From: a virus
Lineage: Duplodnaviria > Caudoviricetes
Virus record (IMG/VR): IMGVR_UViG_2576861548_000003
Coordinates: 32,001-96,000 of that record
Length of the DNA stretch: 64,000 nucleotides
Reading direction: 5' to 3' (one strand)
Shown here: positions 30,580 through 39,747 of the stretch, piece by piece
Numbering within the stretch: the stretch's first letter is position 1
Layout: each line of letters starts with the position of its first letter
Notes under the pieces: model-generated
What the model was told of the DNA's origin: nothing
Seen by the model: only the letters and a program-made list of their open reading frames with translations
The model's database searches: none
Position numbers and translations under genes: made by a program

Positions 30580-33039
30580 TTGAATATGGTACAGTTGATA
30601 TTAGAAAATAGACTTATAGGTAATTCGGGCTGGATTGTTGAGTATTTCGATGTGCAAGGTTCAAAGTACATCAATACCGTAAAGATAAGAGGAGACAAGG
30701 ATTACCAAATAGGAGATATATTCAACGCAATAGAGTATGGACATGATGGACTAAGTAGCTACCAACGCAAACACGGCATTGAGTATGACGGAATAAGTTT
30801 CCAATCCTCCATTGAAAAAGCAGAGGTTGAAATACTCTTGAATTTTCATTTGATAGACGAACTCAAAAAACGCTTCAAACCATGTTTCGTTTACCAAGAA
30901 GAATGGATGAACGAAGATGACTACGATGAAGCTGTTCGTGATAAAGCAAAGGAAATTTATGTTGATATTATAACTAATCTTTCTGAGGAATTGCATAAGG
31001 ACTTTGAAGAGATAGATGAATCGGTGTCAGTCAATGAATACGATGATATTATATGTAGTTTTAGTAGTCAAATCATAAATTATACAGCATGAAAACGAAA
31101 GTAACTAAAGATGGTTTTATATGGCTTGTTGTACCAAGTGACGACGCAATGGAAATGTGGAAATCAAAGACAGCCGAATTGTATATACTCCACAATGATG
31201 ACAGCGAAACAATGGTTGAAACCGATTTACAAGTGCAACGTGCCACATTCAGCGGAGAGCAGATTGGCATCGAAGTAGGATTCATCAAAGACTTGCTTCC
31301 TGTTTGCCCCAAATGTGGCAAAAGGCTTGTTCCAAGTGACAATCCTGAATATGTTTGGCAGTGTTATGAATGCGATGAGGATTTTTATTCATTTGAAGTG
31401 TGTAATGGAGACCAAAACCAATAAAGCGATTTCACTACTCCAGTGCGGTGATTTTAAAGCCGCACTGACTATTTTCTCCACTTTTCGCATTGGATTTACC
31501 AAAGAAGAGCAAAGAACCTTGAAAATAGCAAGCGAAAGCCTTTCTGGTAATTCCTCGTTCTATCGTCAACTTGGAATTGATACCGACAAAGCGATAGAAA
31601 AAAGTAAGTCTATTATTACATCGAAGTACTTGAAAATGAAATAGTTAAACAAAGTTTAAGTTATGTATGTTTGTGGTTTAAACTATTGGTAATCAATATA
31701 TTATTTGTATCTTTACATATCAAAAATAACAAAATACGTAATCGCGGAGACGCTTACAAAATAATCAATGAGAGCAATGAAAAAGATAGAACAAATGACA
31801 TCCGAACTTAACCGAGTATTGCATTCTAACACCTACCAATTCGAGATTGACACCGAAGATTTTGTTTTCGGTTTCAAGGAAACAATAAGAACGAGGACTA
31901 AGGATTTGGCAATGGCTATTAAGCTTGAACAAAAGGTAACAAGGGACTGCGGACGTTTCCTGTCCGACACCGTTAGAATCGTATCTGTAAGAATTTACAA
32001 AAACGGTGATTTGAGAAAAGAAATTCATGCTGAAGAAATAACAGCATCATATAATGGATAAAATATAGAGCAATGAAAACATTGAAAAAATTAACAAGCA
32101 AAGAAAGCTTTGCCATCCTTAGAGAAATCGAAAGCAAGAAATGTCCTAATGGCGTTAAGTATTCAGAGTGGAGAGAGGAAAGAGATAGACTACAGACGGA
32201 AGCCATCAGAAATTTAGTTCCCGAAGTCGGGCTAGGTTGTACCGTATGTTACTATTCTGACAGGCGAGCAGCTACTGTAACCAAAGTTATTTCTCCATGC
32301 AAGATTGAGGTTACATTTAATCAAACGGAATGTATCGACTACTATGCTGGTGATTATAAGATTTTACCAGAACTTGAAGGTGGACCAAAGGTGTTCACTA
32401 AAAGGAGAAATGGCCGTTGGGTGGCAGATGGGCAAGCGTACAAGGACGGTGTTTTGCTTATGCTTCATTATCAAAGTCATTATATTGATCCACGTTTTTA
32501 GCATTAAAAGCAATGAAAGCAAATAAAATAATGTTCCTATACTATCCTTGTATAGTAATTGTATGTGAATCAATGGAAACCCCTAATTCCAAAGACCCGG
32601 AAACAAACGATCTGAGGGAATATGCTAGAATAGTTAGATTTTCATATGAAACAAAATTTTTCCCTTATTTTGAATTTATCCCTGCTGGTTCAATTGAATG
32701 GACTAAGCATGCAGATATGCTTAGCAAAGAACAAAGAGACAGCATAGAAAAACGTTCCCAACAATTGCGGGAAGAGGATAAAGAGCGGATTGATTATTTC
32801 AACAAACTAAAAGAAGCAAGTATAAAATCACATAACCAACATAATAATAAGCAATGAAAACAACTGTAAAAGTGTATTTAAGAGATGAACAAGGTAATGA
32901 AGACTACTTCATTACTCCTATTAACTTATCAGAGCAAGAAGCTCACAAGTACTATCTCGGTAACATCTTCAATATGGGGTGCGAAACAGATCACATGATG
33001 AAATGCTACAAAGTTGAGACAATAAAATCATCAAATTAG
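30580..33039 (+). other. Cluster of small hypothetical genes (30580, 31089, ~31404, ~31777, 32073, 32513, 32854)
   Basis: Co-oriented small ORFs, several with (AG)AGCAATG starts. Confidence 0.6.
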
Positions 33040-33053
33040 ATAAATTTATGACT

Positions 33054-33090
33054 AAAAGTGATTGTTTTTACTTCATATTTTGTATTTTTA
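33054..33090 (+). promoter_or_regulatory. Palindromic promoter motif, copy 2 (degenerate)
   Basis: AAAAGTGA-N11-TCATATTT-N2-TATTTTTA. Confidence 0.55.
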
Positions 33091-33108
33091 CACCATAAAA
33101 TTAAAGCA

Positions 33109-33519
33109 ATGAGGATTTACACAAGTTATTTCGGGAATTACAGAAAACTAGCAGCTGCAAACGTAAAAATGATATGTGTTGCGCTAGGGAAGCCAAGATT
33201 TTATAATGCACCTCAGATCATAGAGGTGGCACCAAGAAGATACATGTTGGATGATAAATGGACTTATGAAGAGTACACGAATATGTATTTGAATGATGTC
33301 CTTGCAAAAGTCAATCCGCAAGAATTGATTCAAACTATCCAGCGACTCAGTGAAGACAAAGACGTCGCTCTCTGCTGTTACGAAAAACCGGGTGATTTCT
33401 GCCATCGTCATATTTTGGCAAAATGGCTTACCGAAAAGACTGGCATTGAAATAACAGAGTTCGGAGTAGTTGAAAGGAAAGAACCTAAATACGAACAAGC
33501 AAGTTTGTTTGAGATATGA
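33109..33519 (+). CDS. DUF488-like protein
   Basis: Likely start ATG 33109 MRIYTSYF; ALCCYEKPGDFCHRHILAKWL. Confidence 0.8.
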   Translation: MRIYTSYFGNYRKLAAANVKMICVALGKPRFYNAPQIIEVAPRRYMLDDKWTYEEYTNMYLNDVLAKVNPQELIQTIQRLSEDKDVALCCYEKPGDFCHRHILAKWLTEKTGIEITEFGVVERKEPKYEQASLFEI

Positions 33520-33917
33520 ACAGAGAAATAATATTCAGAGGGAAAAGCACAAATAATGGTAAATGGGTGTATGCAAAATTACATGGGTTTGGCATGGACT
33601 TATTTAATGAGTGTGTACAGGAGAATACTGTTGGGCAGTTCACCGGCTTGCATGACAAGAACGGAAAAGAAATATATGAAGGTGACATTGTTGAACAAAT
33701 AGTTACAAATGGATACGGTTATGGTTTTATAGGTGAAGTAAGTTTTGATAACGGAGTTTTTGGTATAAAACATAAGACTTATAAAGGTTACATTGTATCT
33801 AGTTTTGTATATTCCTCAGATTGGAATGATGGTCATGCGCACGGAACCGTTTTATATGAATATGAATTAAAAGGAAATATCTACGATAACCCAGAATTAT
33901 TAACCAACTATCAATAG
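33516..33917 (+). CDS. YopX-family protein (copy 2)
   Basis: Near-identical to 28571..28972. Confidence 0.9.
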   Translation: MNREIIFRGKSTNNGKWVYAKLHGFGMDLFNECVQENTVGQFTGLHDKNGKEIYEGDIVEQIVTNGYGYGFIGEVSFDNGVFGIKHKTYKGYIVSSFVYSSDWNDGHAHGTVLYEYELKGNIYDNPELLTNYQ

Positions 33918-33977
33918 CGTTTGATAGAATGCTGTCAGATTTGCCAAGCAAGCGGTGGTTTGACAGCATAGTTAAAA

Positions 33978-34050
33978 GGGAATTTAGCAAAGATGGTCTA
34001 TGCGTCGGACTAAAAATCCGAAGAACAAGGTTCGAATCCTTGAGTTCCCA
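33978..34050 (+). tRNA. tRNA-Phe-like with AAA anticodon
   Basis: GGGAATT/AGTTCCC-A acceptor, TCGGA-CTAAAAA-TCCGA anticodon arm, CAAGG-TTCGAAT-CCTTG T-arm. Confidence 0.8.
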
Positions 34051-34275
34051 CAGTCTTGTATCAATGAACGCACCACTCTATCCGAATTGAAGACGGGCGT
34101 CGGGTCTGTCTGAAGATAGGAAAGCCGATAGAGTAGCAGATAGAAAGGGGAAGGGTAAATCCGAAATAAGTCCCAGAGAGTATCTATCAAGGTGGATTCC
34201 CACAAAATCATGTGGCAGTTGACGGTGACGACATGGCGGTTCATAATGTTGGCAGCTTGGAATAGACAAGCATTT

Positions 34276-34345
34276 GCGGAAATAGCTCATCGGTAGAGCG
34301 TTGGCATTCCAGCCAAAGAGTGGGGTTCGATTCCCTGTTTCCGCT
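34276..34345 (+). tRNA. Atypical tRNA-Gly(TCC)-like
   Basis: GCGGAAA/TTTCCGC-T acceptor; GCTC/GAGC D-stem; TTGGC-ATTCCA-GCCAA 6-nt loop; TGGGG-TTCGATT-CCCTG. Confidence 0.8.
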
Positions 34346-34464
34346 CTAATGCCGTTAAACTCGGCTCGTTGATTGAGGTTGTGTAAAGTAAGCGACAAGG
34401 TTCGATTCCTTGCATTTAGTTGGTACTGCAAACAATCTGACAGCGTGGAAAGACACGCAAATTT

Positions 34465-34620
34465 GGTAGTATGGCGGAATTGGTAGACGCTGACAACTCT
34501 TAGTAGACTTGGTTACGATGTTATGAAAACTGGGCATCATTGTAAAACGAACCAATCCAGTGTTACACGGAAGATGTAGAAGATTGCCAAGCATTGCAGG
34601 TTCGAGTTCTGCTGCTACCT
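34465..34620 (+). ncRNA. tRNA-like RNA with ~100-nt structured segment in place of anticodon/variable arms
   Basis: GGTAGTA/TGCTACC-T acceptor, Leu-like D-arm GGCGGAATTGGTAGACGC, T-arm GCAGG-TTCGAGT-TCTGC. Confidence 0.65.
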
Positions 34621-34775
34621 CAACCCTTATAGTAGCGATAAGCAAAAGCAAGAACATTAAAGCTTGTACAGTTTACGGGGTGATGGAAATTGCCATCTGA
34701 CACGACTGAAAGAAGCCGAATAAATTGCATAGGTGTTCTTGCAAATAGCTTGAAGAATAGTTAGATTTGTGTTAA

Positions 34776-34801
34776 GCCTGCCGGGAATACGCCCGGTAGG
34801 C
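34776..34801 (+). terminator. GC-rich hairpin at end of tRNA cluster
   Basis: GCCTGCCGGG-aatacg-CCCGGTAGGC; short U tract. Confidence 0.5.
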
Positions 34802-34844
34802 ATTTAGTGCAAAATGTATATGAAGTTATATACAACTTAAATAT

Positions 34845-35744
34845 ATGAACGATAAAGGACTAATAAGAGCATGTGAAAACTCCGGCTGTGGTTGGAAGTG
34901 TTGTTCGTTCGGATCAGACGGACATATTGTAATTTTGCCCCATGAATTTGACGGGCATGAAAAAGAAATCTCCCATTTACAGATTATAGACGATGATTAC
35001 TTTGGCGGTAAAAAGGTAAAATGTATCGCTAAAGATTGCAAATCATGTGACAATGGTTACAAGCCTATTATGTGTCGTACTTATCCTTTGTGGGTAAAAT
35101 CAGTGAAAAAAAGTTTTGTGTTTCGTAGTGGTAAGTGTCCGCTAAATAATGAACAACTTGCTAAACATAAGGAGTTTGTATTAGACATTTTCAACAATTA
35201 CAGAAAAGTGCTGTTGCCTGAAAATGATATAGACACATTCCTTTCAAAAGCATGGATTGACCGTTACGAACCGCTGTTCCCAATAAAGAAGGAAAGCACA
35301 GAGTACAAGATGCAGGTCAAATCTTTATCTATGTCTGATATATCAGATATTGAAAAGATGGAGCAGACGCTTCTTCGCAATCCAGATATGTGTTTCGCAT
35401 CAGAGCCGGAAGACATAGCCAAATGCTTGGAATCAGGTTGCAGTTATGGGTTATTCGTAAATGACAAACTGGCTGCCTATTCTCTTGCATACTTCACAGA
35501 ATACGGTACTGCCTATGTGGATAAATGCTTTGTTCATTCTGATTACAGAGGGAATGGATTCCAATACGTACTTCTCAATTCTAATATTGCTAAATTAATA
35601 TCTAATGGGGTCCAGGAAATCTATGCCATGGTCTCACCGAAAAATGAAGCAAGTATCAAGAGTTTCATTAATGCAGGATTTTCTTTTAAACGAGATAGCA
35701 AATACAAAGAGATTGAACGTTTAATCTTAAAGTGGGAACTATGA
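34845..35744 (+). CDS. YkgJ-like Cys-cluster domain fused to GNAT acetyltransferase
   Basis: CENSGCGWKCC..C..C..C..KPIMCRTYP; GNAT motif A VHSDYRGNGFQ and NEASIKSF..AGF. Confidence 0.8.
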   Translation: MNDKGLIRACENSGCGWKCCSFGSDGHIVILPHEFDGHEKEISHLQIIDDDYFGGKKVKCIAKDCKSCDNGYKPIMCRTYPLWVKSVKKSFVFRSGKCPLNNEQLAKHKEFVLDIFNNYRKVLLPENDIDTFLSKAWIDRYEPLFPIKKESTEYKMQVKSLSMSDISDIEKMEQTLLRNPDMCFASEPEDIAKCLESGCSYGLFVNDKLAAYSLAYFTEYGTAYVDKCFVHSDYRGNGFQYVLLNSNIAKLISNGVQEIYAMVSPKNEASIKSFINAGFSFKRDSKYKEIERLILKWEL

Positions 35745-36619
35745 AAGTTGTTGTCTATACCAAGAATATAATAGAGAACATTGAAAAGGCGCAAAGCTTT
35801 ATTAATGTTCCTATCTCGTTAATGTTCAAAGATTTCTACGAGGATATTTATGGACATATCGCGGATAAAATAAACAATAAGATTTTTGGGCTTCATTTAA
35901 AAGATAGTATATGTTATTCTATTGGCAAAGCGACAAAAGATAATAGTGGTGCCGTGGTGACATCATTTACTGATGTTTGGCAATATCTTAATATCAATGG
36001 TATCGCATGTCAAGGAATACATAATTTCTACATTCCGATTAATGCTTGTGATGATAGAGAAGGTTTAAGTTGTTATGAAGCAAGTAAGTTGGCCAATGAA
36101 ATAAGAATGATTTCAAGCTCCCATATATATGGCTTGATTACTTCTGGATGTCTGAATGAAAACCATCCCTCGGAAAAAGAATTGTACCGTATTTGGAAAA
36201 GCCTACGCGATAATATTGAATCTATTAGTTTGGGTGGTAGCTTTTGGCTTGGACAAGAAACTAAGATCCCAGAATTCACAAGCGATGTTCGTATTGGTGA
36301 ATATATGCTGTTTGGCACAATCCCATATTGTGATTATGAGGTGAGAAAAGGTCTTAATGGCATAGAAATCGAAACAAGGGTTATAGGTATTTACCCAGAA
36401 CGTAATCAATTGATTTTGGATTGTGGCTATTCAATGGTAGACTTAGATAAGTGTCAAATTAGTGATTGTACCAATTTGAAGTTTGTAGATAGTTCTAGTG
36501 AATACTCAATTATGGAGTGTGACCATGTCTCAGATTATTGCATTGGTGATGTGGTTACGTTTGTTCCCAATTATAAATCATTAGTCAAGTTGAGATATGC
36601 AGAACATGAATATAGATAA
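35741..36619 (+). CDS. PLP-dependent racemase, ornithine racemase/YhfX-like (fold III)
   Basis: LMFKD (candidate PLP Lys), DDREGL, ISLGGS, VRIGEYMLFG, LILDCGYSMVD, IGDVVTF..Y. Confidence 0.78.
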   Translation: MKVVVYTKNIIENIEKAQSFINVPISLMFKDFYEDIYGHIADKINNKIFGLHLKDSICYSIGKATKDNSGAVVTSFTDVWQYLNINGIACQGIHNFYIPINACDDREGLSCYEASKLANEIRMISSSHIYGLITSGCLNENHPSEKELYRIWKSLRDNIESISLGGSFWLGQETKIPEFTSDVRIGEYMLFGTIPYCDYEVRKGLNGIEIETRVIGIYPERNQLILDCGYSMVDLDKCQISDCTNLKFVDSSSEYSIMECDHVSDYCIGDVVTFVPNYKSLVKLRYAEHEYR

Positions 36620-38684
36620 ACCTTGGATTGATTATATATCCAATCGTACATTTGGCATGGAACTGGAGTTTGCCGATGGTGACAAACAACGCATCCCGCT
36701 TCCATCCGGTTACAAGTGGACGGACAACAAGTTGACCATGATGAACAATTCGGATGGTTCGGCAGTTACGCATCACGGCCAGTTCGGTGGTGAGATAAAC
36801 ACCCGTCCATACCATTACTGCGCTGAAGACCTTCAGGAGTTGAAAGACTTCATTCATACCATGAAAGATGCGGGAAGCTATCTTATGTGGAATGAAGGCT
36901 TTGATGCGCATCTGTACATCAAGGATATGGACCTGGATGTTATCAAGCGTATGTTTGTCCTCTCTTATTATACTGCATATCCAATCAAACGGATATTTGA
37001 TATTGCGGAGTGGTGGGAAACAAAATATCTCGTACCAAGCCCTCCTTGGGATGTAGTGAAGCGTGTATTGGAAGCAGATACTATTGAGAATCTACTGAAA
37101 GTTTTTAGCAATGGTTCAGATCGAGGACACATCCGGTACTGGCTTAATTTATGTTCTATTGAAAAGATAGGAACGGCAGAATTTAGGATCTTCAATAGCT
37201 CCTGGGATTTCGATAAAATACTGGAAACAATCAAATTCATGTATTCGTTTGTGGAGTACGCCTACCTGCATGAAGATATGGAAGAGTATAAGCAACTCAC
37301 CACAATTGATAGGTGCCTTGAAGTGTTCAATATAGACTATTCTAAGGTTCCCCAAAGACATAAACCGTTACTTTGGGCAGCAGAACACTCGGATAATGTT
37401 ACAATAGTAGGCTCCATGTTTAAGAAATCCAACCGTATGCTTTCCTTTATCAAGAAAGAGGCTTCCAAATTCGATGTAGCCCATGTGGTAAACTCGTATT
37501 ATATGGATATAGAGCAAATACTTACCAACCGTGAGATTAAGGTGTATACAAAGGAGTATTTTATCTACATGATGTATAAGGCAATCAAGGGAGAGATAAA
37601 AGAACTGCGCTTTAATGAAGAATATGAGTTTCTAAGTATTAAATCTGAAAATCCTGCTGAAATTATTGCCACTATTCACCTTTTTAATGCCATCAAAAAG
37701 CATAAGAATTCACAGGATATTTATCACAAATCGCTTTATGACGATTTTATGGCAAAGTTAGAGCATTACCATAAGAAGTATACGGAACGTTATCAAAAGC
37801 TAGTAGATAACCTTAAAAGTAAGTCTATTGAAGTGCTTTATTGTGCTGATATATCGGATGCGATTCTTAACTGTAAAGAGGATGATATACTAATCTATCA
37901 GAATGAATTTCATTCCGGAATGAAAGCTACGAGTAACGCATTGCAACGTTTCTTATTGGATGATTTTGGATCTCAAGAAAGAACTAAAACGAAATATGCA
38001 GAAATAGATGAAGAACAAGTTAATTACATGGCTCTCTCGCAGCATGGATTTATGGGCAGAAGAGAGGTATTCAAAGACCAACGCACATATATTTGGTCTA
38101 ATGTGGTAGAAAGCGGAGATAGTAGCTTTAACAAGCGAACTATCGTTCCTTTAAAATATAAACGGCTTCCGGATGATTATATGCTTACGGATAAAAGCAA
38201 ACTCCGGTTTGTACGTGCTTCTATGGCAGAGATTGATTATCTGCGTATGATTTACTTGAAAAAGGGTATTCTCCTCGGTTCTGCACCATTCTGTTACTTA
38301 TGGTTCTTGGATGATTATGTGTTTGGGGCTTGTATGTTTGATTTCCTGAAGGTAAGCAAATACGGCATGGATGCAGTTTGGATGAAGTCGGATTTCGTGA
38401 TAGACCATCCATTGCCCAAATTGAGTAGATTGCTAATTATGGGTGTACTTTCGTCAGAGTTCAAAGATGAATTGGACATAAGATATAAACATGAATGTGG
38501 AGTGATTGCTACTTCTGTATTTACCGATAAACCGGTAAGTATGAAGTATCGGGGAGTGTTTAAACTGCATGAACGCTGTGTTGGTAAACTCCATTACATA
38601 CAAGATGCAGGCATTCGTGGCAACTTAGATGATATTTTAAAAGATTTTGTGAAAAAATACGGTGATGAGCCGAGAAAGGAATAA
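36597..38684 (+). CDS. Amidoligase (COOH-NH2 ligase) domain fused to a putative DNA-modification region (MTase-like plus Mom/GNAT-like)
   Basis: N-term RTFGMELEF, DGS, GEINT, RYWLNL, GTAEFRIF; C-term SDFVI..KLSRLL..TSVFTDKPVSMKYRG. Confidence 0.72.
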   Translation: MQNMNIDKPWIDYISNRTFGMELEFADGDKQRIPLPSGYKWTDNKLTMMNNSDGSAVTHHGQFGGEINTRPYHYCAEDLQELKDFIHTMKDAGSYLMWNEGFDAHLYIKDMDLDVIKRMFVLSYYTAYPIKRIFDIAEWWETKYLVPSPPWDVVKRVLEADTIENLLKVFSNGSDRGHIRYWLNLCSIEKIGTAEFRIFNSSWDFDKILETIKFMYSFVEYAYLHEDMEEYKQLTTIDRCLEVFNIDYSKVPQRHKPLLWAAEHSDNVTIVGSMFKKSNRMLSFIKKEASKFDVAHVVNSYYMDIEQILTNREIKVYTKEYFIYMMYKAIKGEIKELRFNEEYEFLSIKSENPAEIIATIHLFNAIKKHKNSQDIYHKSLYDDFMAKLEHYHKKYTERYQKLVDNLKSKSIEVLYCADISDAILNCKEDDILIYQNEFHSGMKATSNALQRFLLDDFGSQERTKTKYAEIDEEQVNYMALSQHGFMGRREVFKDQRTYIWSNVVESGDSSFNKRTIVPLKYKRLPDDYMLTDKSKLRFVRASMAEIDYLRMIYLKKGILLGSAPFCYLWFLDDYVFGACMFDFLKVSKYGMDAVWMKSDFVIDHPLPKLSRLLIMGVLSSEFKDELDIRYKHECGVIATSVFTDKPVSMKYRGVFKLHERCVGKLHYIQDAGIRGNLDDILKDFVKKYGDEPRKE

Positions 38685-38687
38685 TAT

Positions 38688-39389
38688 ATGGGAAAATTCA
38701 AGATAGCGGAAGTGCAATTATCTGACATTAAACTGGTCAAGAAAAATGCGCATTTCATGCAGCAGGACACGTTTAATGCCTTAGTGAATAACATTCGTAG
38801 AGACGGTCAATTATCGTCTGTACCATTCTGTGTAAAGCATTCGGATGGCTCTTATACGGTGGTGAGTGGTAATCACCGAACACAAGCGGCAAAAATGGCT
38901 GGGCTTACTTCCATCCATGTTATGTACATAGATGAAGAGGAGACTACAAACGATTGGTTGCTGGCAACACAATTGTCACATAACAGTATAGTTGGGCAAG
39001 ACGATGCGGAGATTTTGAAGCAATTGCTTGATGAAATAACAGATGTCGCACTGAAAGAATATGCGCATATCAGTAATGAAGTTCTGGAAAGTGTGAAGGA
39101 CATTAACTATACGGTTGAAATGCCGAATAATGAAATCGTCCCGGTAACTCTTATGTTTGTTGATACGCAGAAAACCGCATTCGATAAGTTGATGGAAACA
39201 TTGGATTGCTATTCTGAAAAAGAACTTGGCAATCTTACTTTGGTAGATATGGATACAATGCACCGGTTGAATGAAGTATCGGCTAAAGTACAAGCCAAGT
39301 ATAAAATCAAGGCCCAGGCTTTGAGTATTTGCAAAATGTTGGAAATTGTAAATAATGTATTGGAGGGTAATGCGGATGGAGAAAGATAG
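38688..39389 (+). CDS. ParB/Srx-like protein
   Basis: NAHFM..LVNNIRRDG..VVSGNHRTQAAKMAG; directly upstream of terminase. Confidence 0.88.
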   Translation: MGKFKIAEVQLSDIKLVKKNAHFMQQDTFNALVNNIRRDGQLSSVPFCVKHSDGSYTVVSGNHRTQAAKMAGLTSIHVMYIDEEETTNDWLLATQLSHNSIVGQDDAEILKQLLDEITDVALKEYAHISNEVLESVKDINYTVEMPNNEIVPVTLMFVDTQKTAFDKLMETLDCYSEKELGNLTLVDMDTMHRLNEVSAKVQAKYKIKAQALSICKMLEIVNNVLEGNADGER

Positions 39390-39747
39390 AAAATACAGGT
39401 TGAATACAAGGCAAAAGAAAACATTGTTTCTAAAAGCCCTTGATGCAAGACTTCTTAATGTGACGAAAGCATGCGAGGCCGCAAGTATATGTCGTTCTCT
39501 TGCTTATAAATGGAGAGAAAATGACCCCGAGTTTAAAGCGAAATGGGAAGAGGTTGAAGAAGCGTTCAAAGACAAAATAGAAACGTGTATGTTCACAAAA
39601 GCTATTACGGAACAGGACAATACTATGCTTATTTGGCTAAGTAAAACTAAGCTTCGTGATAGAGGCTACGTAGAAAAGATTGAACAGGATTTGAACGTGA
39701 ACCCGTTTGAAAAACTTATGCAGGAATTGCCAGATGATGAAGAATGA
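39376..39747 (+). CDS. terS: Terminase small subunit
   Basis: NVTKACEAASICRSLAYKW HTH, KLRDRGYVEK; precedes TerL; start uncertain (39355 or 39376). Confidence 0.8.
   Translation: MEKDRKYRLNTRQKKTLFLKALDARLLNVTKACEAASICRSLAYKWRENDPEFKAKWEEVEEAFKDKIETCMFTKAITEQDNTMLIWLSKTKLRDRGYVEKIEQDLNVNPFEKLMQELPDDEE

Noticed and set aside
34078-34657. Minus-strand ORFs over the tRNA cluster
   Set aside because: Shadow ORFs antisense to structured RNA genes
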